DNA of 64,000 bases from Candidatus Latescibacterota bacterium. GTDB lineage: Bacteria > Latescibacterota > UBA2968 > UBA8231. Below are positions 31,576-41,685 of the stretch, piece by piece (the stretch's first letter is position 1; each line of letters opens with the position of its first letter). The notes under the pieces were generated by a model. It saw only the letters and a list, made by a program, of their open reading frames with translations, was not told the origin of the DNA and did no database searches. The stretch covers positions 4,000,001 through 4,064,000 of the forward strand of contig OZ241889.1 of NCBI GenBank assembly GCA_965203355.1. The letters are read 5' to 3'. The position numbers and the translations under genes were made by a program.

Positions 31576-32634
31576 TCAGAGTGCTTGGACAATCCGCTCC
31601 CCTAGTGCGCGGCAATTCAACGCCCCCCCCAAATCCGGCGTCCCCACGCCTTGCTCGCCGATTACCGCACGCACCGCTTCTTCAATCCGCCGCGCACCCG
31701 CGACAGCCTCGGAATCGCCGCGTTGCTGGCCCAACCAGCGCAGCATCAAAGCGGCCGATAGGATCATCGCTACTGGATTGGCCTTGCCCTGCCCGGCAAT
31801 GTCGGGCGCCGTGCCGTGGGAAGGCTGGAACACGGCCGCGTCCTCGCCGATGTCCCCGGAAGGAGCCAGCCCCAAGCCGCCGACCAAACCAGCGGCCAAA
31901 TCCGAGATGATGTCCCCGTACATATTCTCGGCGACCAGCACGTCGTATTCCGCTGGCTGCTGCACTAAGTACATGCTCAGGGCGTCAATGTACGCGTAGT
32001 CTCGCTCGACATCTGGGTAGTCAGCGGCCACCTCGTCGTACACGCTGCGGAAGAAGGCCATCGAGCGGAAGACGTTGGCCTTGTCGACGCACGTTACCTT
32101 CATCGGCGTCCGGCCGCGCTGCCGCGCCAACTCAAACGCGTAGCGCACCACGCGCTCCGTGCCCGTGCGCGTAATGACCATAGAGTCCACGGCCACTTCG
32201 CCGCGCAACGCAATGCCGCCGTTCATGGAGGCAAAGAGCCCCTCGACATTCTCGCGCAGGATGACGAAGTCGATAGTGCCCGCCTCTAAGCCTTTGAGCG
32301 GAGTATGCGCGGCGGCATAGAGGTAAATCGGCCGCACTCCCGCGTACAGGTCTAGCTGAAACCGCAAGTCAACCTGTGGCCGCATCTCCGTCCCGTCCGG
32401 CCAGCGCACGTGCGGCAACCCCATCGCGCCCAACAGCACCGCATCCGCCTGACGGCATCCTTCCACCGTTGCTTCCGGCAGCGGATTTCCTTGCTCCAGA
32501 TAGCACCCCGCACCACAGGGGTACTCAGCGTAGGCCAGAGCGGGAGTCCCCAAAGCATTGAGCACCTTCAGGGCCTCGTCCACGACCTCCGGTCCAATGC
32601 CGTCGCCTTTGAGGACGGCGATGTCGTAGGCCAT
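31576..32634 (-). CDS. Isocitrate/isopropylmalate/tartrate dehydrogenase family protein
   Basis: GDGIGPEV, RENVEG, DKANV, NMYGDIISDL, HGTAPDIAG; substrate not assignable. Confidence 0.88.
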   Translation of the reverse strand: MAYDIAVLKGDGIGPEVVDEALKVLNALGTPALAYAEYPCGAGCYLEQGNPLPEATVEGCRQADAVLLGAMGLPHVRWPDGTEMRPQVDLRFQLDLYAGVRPIYLYAAAHTPLKGLEAGTIDFVILRENVEGLFASMNGGIALRGEVAVDSMVITRTGTERVVRYAFELARQRGRTPMKVTCVDKANVFRSMAFFRSVYDEVAADYPDVERDYAYIDALSMYLVQQPAEYDVLVAENMYGDIISDLAAGLVGGLGLAPSGDIGEDAAVFQPSHGTAPDIAGQGKANPVAMILSAALMLRWLGQQRGDSEAVAGARRIEEAVRAVIGEQGVGTPDLGGALNCRALGERIVQAL

Positions 32635-32636
32635 TT

Positions 32637-33896
32637 TTAGCTCCACAAGCGGTCGTGTGGCCGCTCGTCGTCCCACTCCTCGGTGGGGCCAAAAATCTCT
32701 GGCTGGTCCGAATCGGCAAATGACCGCAGCACTTCTTCGTTGAGGCCGCTAAAGCCCAGCCCCGGCCCCTCCGGCACGGCAATGTGCCCGTCCTCAATCA
32801 GGGGCACTGGCAAGCCCTCGACCAAGCGGCTCCACTGTTCAAGCTGATCGACCGAGTGGTTTTCGAGCACCATGAAGTTTTCGGTCGCGGCCGCGCAATG
32901 CACCGAAGCCAAGGCGGCCACCGGCGACATCGCCATGTGCAGGGCCATGGCAATGCCGTGTTCCTGCGCCAAATCGCCGATCTTTTTGGTCTCGAGGATG
33001 CCGCCGGAAGAAGCCAAATCCGGGTGGGCGACGGCTATAGCGCGCCGTTCAAAGAGGGGTAGGAAGTTTTCCTTGAGATAGATGTCCTCGCCCGTACACA
33101 CGGGCGTATCCACGGACTCGGCGAGTCGCTGCCACTGGTCGGGCAACTGCCAAGGGATCATGTCCTCGTACCAAGCGAGGCTGAACTGATCGAGCGCCTT
33201 GCCCAAGCGGATGCAGGACTCAACGCCAATGTGGCCAAAGTGATCGACGGCCAAGGGAATCTCATAGCCGATCACCTCGCGCACCTGCGCCACGTATTCG
33301 CAGAGAATATCGATGCCCTTGTTGGTAATCTGAATTCCCGTAAACGGGTGCATGATGTCGCGGCTTTCCAACATGCCCGGCGGCGCGATCAGCGCGTCTT
33401 CAATCCCCCGCAGCAACCCAATGCCGACGTCCATTTTGAGGAACTTAAACCCCCGTTCCATCCGCTCCTTGAGCAACCGTCCCATCTCCCGCCCATCGCG
33501 CCGCGTCGGGGTATCGCAGTAGCAGAGGATGCGGTCGCGGAACTTGCCACCGGCCAGTTGGTAGGCCGGTACATTATAGGCTTTGCCCGCTAGGTCCATC
33601 AGCGCCATCTCAACGCCACAGACGCCGCCGGCCTGACGCGCGTGGTGGCCGAATTGTTTGATCTTGCGGAAGAGCTTATCGACGTTGCAGGGATTTTCGC
33701 CGAGCAAGCGGCTTTTGAGCATCAGCGCATAGGTCGGGCTACCGCCATCGCGCACCTCGCCGTAGCCTGAGATACCTTGATTGGTGTCGATGCGGATGAT
33801 CGTTGCGCGGAACGGTGCCCGGCGTATGTTGGCGACGCGCATATCCGCGATCTTCAGTTCCGAGGGTCGGGAGTGCGCGTTCACATTTTCTTCCAT
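32637..33896 (-). CDS. Mandelate racemase/muconate lactonizing enzyme family (acid-sugar dehydratase-like)
   Basis: EMALMDLAGK, KMD, WYED, TGED, PDL..SGG. Confidence 0.88.
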   Translation of the reverse strand: MEENVNAHSRPSELKIADMRVANIRRAPFRATIIRIDTNQGISGYGEVRDGGSPTYALMLKSRLLGENPCNVDKLFRKIKQFGHHARQAGGVCGVEMALMDLAGKAYNVPAYQLAGGKFRDRILCYCDTPTRRDGREMGRLLKERMERGFKFLKMDVGIGLLRGIEDALIAPPGMLESRDIMHPFTGIQITNKGIDILCEYVAQVREVIGYEIPLAVDHFGHIGVESCIRLGKALDQFSLAWYEDMIPWQLPDQWQRLAESVDTPVCTGEDIYLKENFLPLFERRAIAVAHPDLASSGGILETKKIGDLAQEHGIAMALHMAMSPVAALASVHCAAATENFMVLENHSVDQLEQWSRLVEGLPVPLIEDGHIAVPEGPGLGFSGLNEEVLRSFADSDQPEIFGPTEEWDDERPHDRLWS

Positions 33897-33980
33897 TCTT
33901 GTCTCCGTTTTCGCTAGGTGTATTTTAGGGTTTCCAATGATATTCCGCCTACATTTTCTCGTCAACTTATGGAGATCGAC

Positions 33981-34763
33981 ATGAAGCTGAAGGACAAAGT
34001 GGCCCTCATCACCGGCGGCAGCAGCGGCATTGGTCGCGCCGCGGCCGTGGCCATGGCCCGCCAAGGAGCCAACATTGCGCTGACGGCCCGCCGCGCCGAG
34101 CGCTGTGCAGAAGCTGTCGCCGAAATCGAAGGACTAGGCGGCCAAGCGTTGGCCTTGCCCGGCGACGTAGCTAACGCCGAGCACGTCGCCGAGCTGGTGG
34201 CCACCACCGTCGAGCATTGGGGCCGCCTCGACATCGTCGTGCCCAACGCCGGTATCAACGGCGTCTTCGCCCCCATCGAGGACATCGCGCCCGAGGAGTG
34301 GGAGCAGACGCACAACATCAACGTGCGCGGCACCTTCCTCACCGTCAAATACGCCATTCCCCATCTGCGTGCGGCCGGCGGCGGCAGCATTGTCGTGGTC
34401 TCCTCGGTCAACGGCAACCGCATCTTCTCCAACTTCGGCTTCACCGCGTATTCCTGCTCCAAAGCCGCCCAAGTGACCTTCGCCAAAATGGCCGCAGTCG
34501 AGCTGGCGCAGTGGGACATCCGCATCAACGTCGTCTGCCCTGGGGCCACCAAAACCAGCATCGGCGAGAACACCTTCCCCCGCGACCTCGACAAAATCCG
34601 CATCCCCCGCGAGTTTCCACAGGGCATGATTCCCCTGCAACAACGCGCCGCCAGTTCAGAAGAGGTCGCCAACGCCATTCTCTTTTTGGCGTCGGACGAG
34701 GCCAGCTATATCACCGGGACTGAAATGTATGTCGATGGGGCGTTGTCGCTGTTTCAGGGGTGA
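33981..34763 (+). CDS. SDR family oxidoreductase
   Basis: TGGSSGIG, PNAG, YSCSK; GGAG RBS before ATG 33981. Confidence 0.92.
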   Translation: MKLKDKVALITGGSSGIGRAAAVAMARQGANIALTARRAERCAEAVAEIEGLGGQALALPGDVANAEHVAELVATTVEHWGRLDIVVPNAGINGVFAPIEDIAPEEWEQTHNINVRGTFLTVKYAIPHLRAAGGGSIVVVSSVNGNRIFSNFGFTAYSCSKAAQVTFAKMAAVELAQWDIRINVVCPGATKTSIGENTFPRDLDKIRIPREFPQGMIPLQQRAASSEEVANAILFLASDEASYITGTEMYVDGALSLFQG

Positions 34764-34791
34764 GATTGCGGAGACATAAATGCTGGCTCCC

Positions 34792-35568
34792 TCAAAACGC
34801 CGTCGGCCGACCCTGCGCCCCATCCACCGGGATCATCGCTCCATTGATCCAATGGGCGCGCTCGGACACCAAAAACGCCACCACATCCGCCACCTCTTCG
34901 GGCGTCCCCAAGCGCCCAGCGGGAAACTCGCGTTCCACAAACCGCGCAAAGCGCTCGGGCTGCTCTTCCTGAAAGCGCGCCCACCCACCGCCGGGAAAAA
35001 ATATCGACCCGGGCGCGACCGCGTTGACCCGCACCCCGCATTCGGCCAACTCCAACGCCAGTGCCCCAGCGAGAAAAATCTCCGCGGCCTTCGCGCTGCC
35101 GTACTGCGCTTTGGGCCCGGGCTTCCACCCCGAGATCGACGAGACGATTGCCACCGCGCCCCCGCCGCGCTGCCGCATGTAGGGCAGGACCGCCCGCGTC
35201 GTGCGCACGGCATGGAATACGTTTAGGTCAAAGGTTGCTTCCCAGTCAGCGTCAGCGGTTTCGAGCAGGCTCTGTCCGCCAGCCGCTCCGCCCACATTGT
35301 TGACCAAAATATCCACGCCGCCCCACTCGGCCGCACAGCGCCCGACAACGGCCTCCACCTCCGGCCGCACGCGCACGTCAGCGACCTCGGCGATGGCCTC
35401 GGTCCCAGTGGCTCGCACCTGTTGCAATGCGCGCTCGAGTGGCCCTCGGTCGCGGGCGCAAATCGCCACCTTGCACCCCTCATTGGCCAGCGCCAACGCA
35501 ATCGCCCGGCCAATCCCCCGACTCCCACCAGTTATCAGAGCAATTTTGTCCTTCAGTCCTAGATCCAT
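34792..35568 (-). CDS. SDR family oxidoreductase
   Basis: TGGSRGIG, NNVG, YGSAK, VDGA. Confidence 0.92.
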   Translation of the reverse strand: MDLGLKDKIALITGGSRGIGRAIALALANEGCKVAICARDRGPLERALQQVRATGTEAIAEVADVRVRPEVEAVVGRCAAEWGGVDILVNNVGGAAGGQSLLETADADWEATFDLNVFHAVRTTRAVLPYMRQRGGGAVAIVSSISGWKPGPKAQYGSAKAAEIFLAGALALELAECGVRVNAVAPGSIFFPGGGWARFQEEQPERFARFVEREFPAGRLGTPEEVADVVAFLVSERAHWINGAMIPVDGAQGRPTAF

Positions 35569-35569
35569 C

Positions 35570-36718
35570 TTATGGCCTCCTTTGTCCAAAGCGGGAAAGA
35601 CGCAGGAATTCAATGGGATGCTGGGTATCGCCTTCCAGCGCCAGTTCGGCTAAAATTTCGCCTACTACCGGAGCGAACTTGAAGCCGTGGCCGGAAAAAC
35701 CCGCCCCTAATACCACGGCCGGGCATTCGGGATGGACGTCCAAGACAAAGTTCTTATCCGGCGTCAGCGAATACATGCAGACCGCGTGTTTGCTCAGCTC
35801 GGGTTGCAACGCCGGAAAAAGTCGCGCGAGAAAGTCGAGGACGCAGGGCTGGTCGCCTTCAGCCAGTGAGCGATTGAGCAGGAGCGGGTCGGCTACCGGG
35901 TCGTGCGATACATTGTGCTCGGCCAGCTTGAGGCCCCACGGTGCTTCCGCGGGAAAACCATAGAAGTACCGTGCGCCGTCGGCCATGAAGAAGCAGGGGA
36001 ACGCGCCGCGCGCGTACTGCTCCACACCACGCCCCTGGTACCACAACAGCACCTTGCGCACTACGCACGCCTCGACGCCCAGCCGACACAGCTCCGGCAC
36101 CGCCCAAGCGCCGGTCGCCAACACCAACCGCGTGGCGAGCAAGCGCCGCCGCTCGGTTTCCACTACCACTCCTCGGCCCTCGCGCCGCCACGACAACACA
36201 ACCTCCCCGGTGTAGAGCTTCGCGCCGTGTTGCTGGGCCAGCGCGACATGCCGCCGGACGCAGTCCTCGACTCGGAGAAAGCCGCCTAGCGGATCGTAAA
36301 AGCCACTCCATTTCTCGGGAAAAGCCAAACTTGGATAGCGCGCGGCAAGGGCTGCTGCATCGAGCGGTTCGTGTGGCAGATCGTGCGCCTGATAACAGGC
36401 CGCTTGCCCCTGCATTGCCTCCGCGTCGGGATCGCCCGCCACCAACAGCCCGACGCGGGCAAAAAGTTCCCCGACCTCTTCGTCCTCCAGCTCCTCCCAC
36501 AGCGCGTAGGCCCGGTGCAACAAGGGCACGTAGTCGGGATGCTCCATGTAGGCTTTGCGAATGATGCGGGTATCTCCGTGCGAAGAGCCGCGATCGTGAG
36601 CGATGCCAAAACGCTCTACCGCACAGACGCGCACACCGCGGCACGCCAAGTGGTACAGCGCGGCACTGCCCATACCACCGGCTCCGGCGACGACGACATC
36701 GTATTGTTCTGTGATCAT
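35570..36718 (-). CDS. solA: N-methyl-L-tryptophan/sarcosine oxidase family flavoprotein
   Basis: GAGGMG, GSSHGDTRIIR, CMYSLTPD (covalent FAD Cys), SGHGFKF. Confidence 0.85.
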   Translation of the reverse strand: MITEQYDVVVAGAGGMGSAALYHLACRGVRVCAVERFGIAHDRGSSHGDTRIIRKAYMEHPDYVPLLHRAYALWEELEDEEVGELFARVGLLVAGDPDAEAMQGQAACYQAHDLPHEPLDAAALAARYPSLAFPEKWSGFYDPLGGFLRVEDCVRRHVALAQQHGAKLYTGEVVLSWRREGRGVVVETERRRLLATRLVLATGAWAVPELCRLGVEACVVRKVLLWYQGRGVEQYARGAFPCFFMADGARYFYGFPAEAPWGLKLAEHNVSHDPVADPLLLNRSLAEGDQPCVLDFLARLFPALQPELSKHAVCMYSLTPDKNFVLDVHPECPAVVLGAGFSGHGFKFAPVVGEILAELALEGDTQHPIEFLRLSRFGQRRP

Positions 36719-36859
36719 GGCTTGATCATACCTCTCATCGAATCGCTCAAGAGCAAAGGGGTTTAATCTGCCTCCATCGCCCGCAACCCACAACTTGACG
36801 CCGTTAGCCCCGCCCGCGATACTGTTCTGGCTCTATCAACTCCAACTCAAGGCTTATCC

Positions 36860-37423
36860 GTGCGCATTGTCACTGGTACCTATCGCGGTCGGCAGATTCC
36901 CGCTGGGCGACACCTACGCCAGATTCGCCTCACCTCCACGCGCCTCAAAGAAGCCGTATTCTCCATGCTCGGCCCAGACTTGAAGGGCCACACCTTCCTC
37001 GACTTGTGTGCTGGCTCGGGCCAGATGGGGCTCGAAGCACTGAGCCGGGGCGCCAGCGTCGAATTCAACGAGCCAGATCACCGGCGGCGGCGGCAGATCC
37101 GCGCGCTGCTCTACCAATGGCGCACCAGCGTCGCGGGCCTGCACTCGCTCAAGGCCCAACGCCTCATCCCCCAATTAGCAGCGGCCGGTCGCCGCTTCGA
37201 CATTGTGTACGCCGATCCTCCGTATCACGCCCGCTACTGCGGCGTTCCACTCCTGTTGGGTCTCATTGAAGCCCTCGGGGAATCCGAGCTCTTCAACGAC
37301 CGGGGCCTGCTGTTTGTACAGCACCCAATCGACTTGGACGTGCCCGAGCAGAGCGGCCACCTTGCGCGCGCCGAGCAGCGAGCCTACGGCAACACCACCC
37401 TCAGCATCTATCGCCTCAACTGA
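36860..37423 (+). CDS. rsmD: RsmD-family RNA methyltransferase
   Basis: MRIVTG.YRGR, LDLCAGSG.MG.EALSRGA, DPPY, YGNT. Confidence 0.82.
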   Translation: MRIVTGTYRGRQIPAGRHLRQIRLTSTRLKEAVFSMLGPDLKGHTFLDLCAGSGQMGLEALSRGASVEFNEPDHRRRRQIRALLYQWRTSVAGLHSLKAQRLIPQLAAAGRRFDIVYADPPYHARYCGVPLLLGLIEALGESELFNDRGLLFVQHPIDLDVPEQSGHLARAEQRAYGNTTLSIYRLN

Positions 37424-37427
37424 TCCC

Positions 37428-38525
37428 ATGAAAATCACCCATATTGAAGCCATACCCGTGCGCGTGCCGAGGCCGCAGCCGTTCCAAAGCAGCCTCGGCA
37501 CACACCAAGCCTCTGAAAACGCCGTCGTCCTAATCCACACCGACGCTGGCCTCACCGGCCTTGGCGAAGCCTCCAGCATCTGGGATCGCCGCGGACGCGG
37601 AGAAAGCGAGGCCATCAACGGGCTACTCGCCGATATGCTCTGCGGCCTAGACCCGCGCCGCATCCGCGCGATCGCCGACCGCATGGATCAAGCCCTGCAC
37701 CGCTCTTTCCCGGCCAAAGCCGGCATTGAAATGGCCCTCTACGACTTGGTCGGCAAAGCCTGCGGCGCCCCGGTTTACCAACTGTTGGGCGGCCAAGTCC
37801 GCGACCGCGTGCTGCTGAGCCACTCGCTATCCATGGGCGACCCCGAGGCCATCGCCGCCCAAGCCCAGCACTTAGTAGCGCAAGGGTACAAAACCCTCAA
37901 GGCCAAGATCGGGCGAGATCTGCACGCCGACCTAGCCGTGCTCGCAGCCGTGCGCGGTGTAGTCGGCAGCGAGATCGCTCTGCGCGTAGATGCCAACATG
38001 GGTTGGTCCTCGGCCAAGGAAGCCGTGCGCTGTATCGAGGCCATCGCGGATTTTGGCTTGGAACTAGTCGAACAGCCCTTGGCAGCCGACGACTTAGAGG
38101 GCTTGCGCTTTGTCCGCGAGCGCGTCTCGCTGCCCATCATGGCCGACGAGAGCGTCTGGACGCCGGCCGACGCCCTCAACTGCGTCCGCTGCCAAGCCGT
38201 TGATGTCTTCAATGTGTACGTGTCGGAAGCCGGTGGCTTGGGAGCAGCCGCGCGCATTTTCGCCATTGCCGAAGCCGCGCGGCTACCTTGTATCATCGGC
38301 AGTATGCCCGAGCTGGGGATCGGCACCGCGGCCCAGGCCCACCTCGCCTTTGCCATGCCCAACTTGGGCTACGCCAGCGACGTGAACGGCTGCGTCTATC
38401 ATCGCGGCGACGTCATCCGCGAAAAGCTGCCCATCGCCGACGGGTACATCCTCCCGCCGGCTGGCCCGGGTCTCGGTGTCAGTCTCGACGAGGACGCCCT
38501 CGCAGAATACCGCTGCGATCGCTGA
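37428..38525 (+). CDS. Muconate cycloisomerase / dipeptide epimerase-like enolase-superfamily enzyme
   Basis: KAKIG, DAN, EQP, ADES, GPGLG; ATG at 37428. Confidence 0.87.
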   Translation: MKITHIEAIPVRVPRPQPFQSSLGTHQASENAVVLIHTDAGLTGLGEASSIWDRRGRGESEAINGLLADMLCGLDPRRIRAIADRMDQALHRSFPAKAGIEMALYDLVGKACGAPVYQLLGGQVRDRVLLSHSLSMGDPEAIAAQAQHLVAQGYKTLKAKIGRDLHADLAVLAAVRGVVGSEIALRVDANMGWSSAKEAVRCIEAIADFGLELVEQPLAADDLEGLRFVRERVSLPIMADESVWTPADALNCVRCQAVDVFNVYVSEAGGLGAAARIFAIAEAARLPCIIGSMPELGIGTAAQAHLAFAMPNLGYASDVNGCVYHRGDVIREKLPIADGYILPPAGPGLGVSLDEDALAEYRCDR

Positions 38526-39310
38526 TGCGCTTTCGGCCTTGTATCGACCTGCACGAGGGGCAAGTCAAGCAAATCGTCGGCACCAGCCTACGCGACGGCA
38601 GCGCCCCTCAAACCCACTTCATCGCCTCCCATCCACCAGCTTACTTTGCAGCGCGCTATGGCCGCGACCAGCTCTTCGGCGGCCACGTCATCATGCTCGG
38701 CCCGGGCAACGAAGACGCGGCCGCACAGGCCCTGGCCGCCTTCCCCGGCGGCTTGCAGATTGGCGGCGGCATCCACCCGGACAATGCGGCGGATTGGCTC
38801 AGCCGCGGGGCCGCACAAGTGATCGTCACTTCCTATGTCTTTAGCGACGGCCAACTCCACCGCGACCGACTCGCGCAAATGGTCGCTGCGGTTGGGCGCG
38901 AGCGGCTGGTCTTAGACCTCAGTTGCAGCAACCGCGATGGGTGCTACGTGGTGATGACCGACCGCTGGCAAAAAGCCACGGACTTTGCCATTAGCGCGGA
39001 CAACTTGGCGCTCCTCGCCGAGTCTTGCAGCGAATTCCTCGTTCACGCCACCGGGGTCGAAGGCAAGCAGCAAGGAATCGATGCCGAGCTCGTCGCACTT
39101 TTGGGTGACATCGCGCCGCTCCCGACGACGTACGCCGGCGGCGTGTGCCGCACCGAGGACATCGAGATGATCGGCAAGCTCGGCCGCGGAAAGTTGGATT
39201 TTACGGTGGGAGCAGCACTGGATATTTTCGGGGGCACCGGGCTGCGTTACGACGATATGATATTAATCCGCGGGGAGCGCGAGGCCGCGGACAATCGCCC
39301 CAGCTTATAG
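38525..39310 (+). CDS. hisA: ProFAR isomerase, eukaryotic (His6-like) type
   Basis: MRFRPCIDLHEGQVKQIVG, GGHVIMLG, LVLDLSC, DRWQ, EFLVHA, TYAGG; TGATG coupling. Confidence 0.88.
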   Translation: MRFRPCIDLHEGQVKQIVGTSLRDGSAPQTHFIASHPPAYFAARYGRDQLFGGHVIMLGPGNEDAAAQALAAFPGGLQIGGGIHPDNAADWLSRGAAQVIVTSYVFSDGQLHRDRLAQMVAAVGRERLVLDLSCSNRDGCYVVMTDRWQKATDFAISADNLALLAESCSEFLVHATGVEGKQQGIDAELVALLGDIAPLPTTYAGGVCRTEDIEMIGKLGRGKLDFTVGAALDIFGGTGLRYDDMILIRGEREAADNRPSL

Positions 39311-39350
39311 AGCACGGCTTCTTGGCTGAAGTTCTATTATGTAGGTAGGA

Positions 39351-39574
39351 TTATGGATTGTTAGCGGGCAATTGTTGCGGAACGGGTTGGGATGCCGGAA
39401 TAAGGATCTGCTGTTGCTGTTTGACCCACATTTTTCCTCTGTCGCTGGCGATGAATTTTAAGAATTGCTCTTGGCCTTCGCACCCGTTCCGATCATCAAA
39501 CGCGGCAACGGCCTCATAAAACTGAATGTTGTATTTTCTTTGGACTTCTTGATAGTGTCTGCCTCCCATTCCAT
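39351..39574 (-). pseudogene. Degraded BrnT-like toxin fragment fused to unrelated tail
   Basis: MEW then frameshift into GRHYQEVQRKYNIQFYEAVAAFDDRNG, resembling a BrnT N-terminus; AT-rich. Confidence 0.4.
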
Positions 39575-39633
39575 GCTACGGACTCCACACAGTAGTATAA
39601 CTATTAAAACAGGTCCGAGTTTTTACATCGCAA

Positions 39634-40971
39634 CTAGTGCCCAGACAGGTTAAACAGGTTGATCGCCGTAAAATTGATGATGGCCCAAATCGCAAACAAC
39701 AGTGCCAACTCGGTCTTTAGCGACATTCGCTCGTCTTTGGGCACTCGCATCGCCAGATGCAGCACGGCATAAGCCATCGGTATGAGCAACAGATTGTTGG
39801 CGTTGGCACCTTTGAGCACAAAGTCGAGGGTGCGCGGATCAAACAGTATGAACAGCAGCCACCCAAATGGGAAGGCGATCTGGAAAATGCGGATCCAGCG
39901 GCGATAGCCCTCTTCTCCGGCCAGCGCATTCACCCTTAGTTGCCGCACAAAGTCAGCGCCGATCCGCCCCGAAGAAGCAGCGAATACCAGCAGCGTAGAA
40001 AAGAGCGTACAAAATCCCCCGAACATGAAGATGTAGTACGCCCAGCCGCCAATGCTCTCGGTGAAAATTAGCGAAACTTGCTCGACGACCTTCATACCTT
40101 CGGGCAAGACTTGTAGCTGATTGAGCACCGACGCGCCCAGCAGGTAGTACGCGCACGTGACCACCAACGCGATGCCCGTACACACGCTCGCATCCGCGAT
40201 CAAGACTCGCATCCAGCCCCGGTAGCGCATCTGCCATTCTGGACTATCGTCTTTTGGCCCGACGAAATCCGGGTAGCCTTTTTCCACGATCCAATAAGGA
40301 TACATGAAAAGCTCGACCGCGGTCGCCCCGACCGACCCCATCACTGCCAACGCCACAAACGCGCCTTCGGCTGGCATGGCAAAACGGAAGCCCGAGGCGA
40401 TTTGGGCACTGCTGATTGCGTAGCTCGTGCCTTGCAGTGCGAGCACCGAGCCAACTACTACCAAACTGAAGGTCGCCACCAGCGCGGACACCATTTTCTC
40501 CAAGTCGCCGTATAGCCCCCGCCACAGCAAAACCGACATTGCGAGAAAAATGACGACCGCCCATACCTGTTCAGACGCAAAGGGAAAAACCGCGACCATC
40601 AGCCCGGCCACCGATCCCAAGATGCCGATGACGGCCACTGTCACCGAGAAGTAACCCATCACGCACAGCCATGCAATCCACGAGGTGCTGCGCCAGCGCA
40701 CACCCGGCACTTGGTCGAGGATTTGCACGGTAGTGCTTTTGCGCAACAGACACTGCCGACCCAATTCGAGCTGAATCGCAAACTTGACCACACAGGCCAA
40801 GATCACGCCCCAGAGAAAGACAAAGCCAACCTCGGCCCCCATCCGCGTCGTCACCAACAACTCGCCCGAGCCGACCACCGATCCCGATACAATGACGCCG
40901 GGGCCGATATTGCGTAAGAGACCGCCGAAATGGGCTGGGGCCTCGCGGATACTGTTTTGTTCAGCGGACAT
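39634..40971 (-). CDS. Nramp-related (APC superfamily) transporter
   Basis: IGPGVIVSGSVVGSGEL..T..GA..G motif; about 11 TM segments. Confidence 0.8.
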   Translation of the reverse strand: MSAEQNSIREAPAHFGGLLRNIGPGVIVSGSVVGSGELLVTTRMGAEVGFVFLWGVILACVVKFAIQLELGRQCLLRKSTTVQILDQVPGVRWRSTSWIAWLCVMGYFSVTVAVIGILGSVAGLMVAVFPFASEQVWAVVIFLAMSVLLWRGLYGDLEKMVSALVATFSLVVVGSVLALQGTSYAISSAQIASGFRFAMPAEGAFVALAVMGSVGATAVELFMYPYWIVEKGYPDFVGPKDDSPEWQMRYRGWMRVLIADASVCTGIALVVTCAYYLLGASVLNQLQVLPEGMKVVEQVSLIFTESIGGWAYYIFMFGGFCTLFSTLLVFAASSGRIGADFVRQLRVNALAGEEGYRRWIRIFQIAFPFGWLLFILFDPRTLDFVLKGANANNLLLIPMAYAVLHLAMRVPKDERMSLKTELALLFAIWAIINFTAINLFNLSGH

Positions 40972-41185
40972 ACGTTACACTCCGTTTTGTCATCTGGGAC
41001 GCGGGCAGCTAACCTGCAAAAGCGGCTTTAAGATAGGAACTCAGGCCGAAAGTGCCAGTAGTGCGCGGAAGAATAGGCGGTCGGCAGTCCGAGCTTAGAT
41101 GATACTTGTATAGATTTTGATCTTGCGTTAAGATAAGTGCGGATCCTCATCCTCTATTAAACCTTTCATACAAGGAGTGTTAGTT

Positions 41186-41560
41186 ATGCCTTTTCCCCTT
41201 CTCATTGCAGGTGCTGTTCTGAGTGCTTTAGCTGGCGGTGCTATGATCCTAAGTGCCAGCGACAGAATCAAAAACGCAAAAGAACAATACGACCGGCGTC
41301 TCAGAAAGCACAGAAATTCTGAGCGACGCTATAAGAGTTGGCAGAAGAAAGCAGATGCGAAATTCAGTGCCCTCGGAGAGCGCAAGGGGGCCCTAGAACA
41401 GTTTTACAGCCTGCTTCACCGGGCCGTGGACACGGGTAACGACCAGCAACTACAAACGGCTCTCAGCGGTATCCTTGGTATTATTCAAGAGAATCCACTA
41501 AAGGATTTCGCCGAATTCAAAAAGAACATGGCGGATCCCAACTTCGTGCTTGAAGTGTAG
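41186..41560 (+). CDS. Hypothetical protein, possibly a deletion-derived fusion remnant
   Basis: AAGGAG RBS; hydrophobic MPFPLLIAGA N-terminus, coiled coil, abrupt switch to a different helical C-terminus. Confidence 0.5.
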   Translation: MPFPLLIAGAVLSALAGGAMILSASDRIKNAKEQYDRRLRKHRNSERRYKSWQKKADAKFSALGERKGALEQFYSLLHRAVDTGNDQQLQTALSGILGIIQENPLKDFAEFKKNMADPNFVLEV

Positions 41561-41596
41561 TTGGCGAACTAGTGTAACTCGTGTAAACGAATCATG

Positions 41597-41627
41597 CGTA
41601 GGGGAGAGCTTACAACTCTCCTCTACG
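41597..41627. repeat. GTAG-flanked palindrome (REP-like hairpin)
   Basis: CGTAGGGGAGAG-cttacaa-CTCTCCTCTACG, 12-bp stem with one G-T pair. Confidence 0.55.
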
Positions 41628-41685
41628 GCATTTCAGGCCGTATTGATAGCCAATCCCTGCGAGAACTGTCCCGAGGAATGATCAG

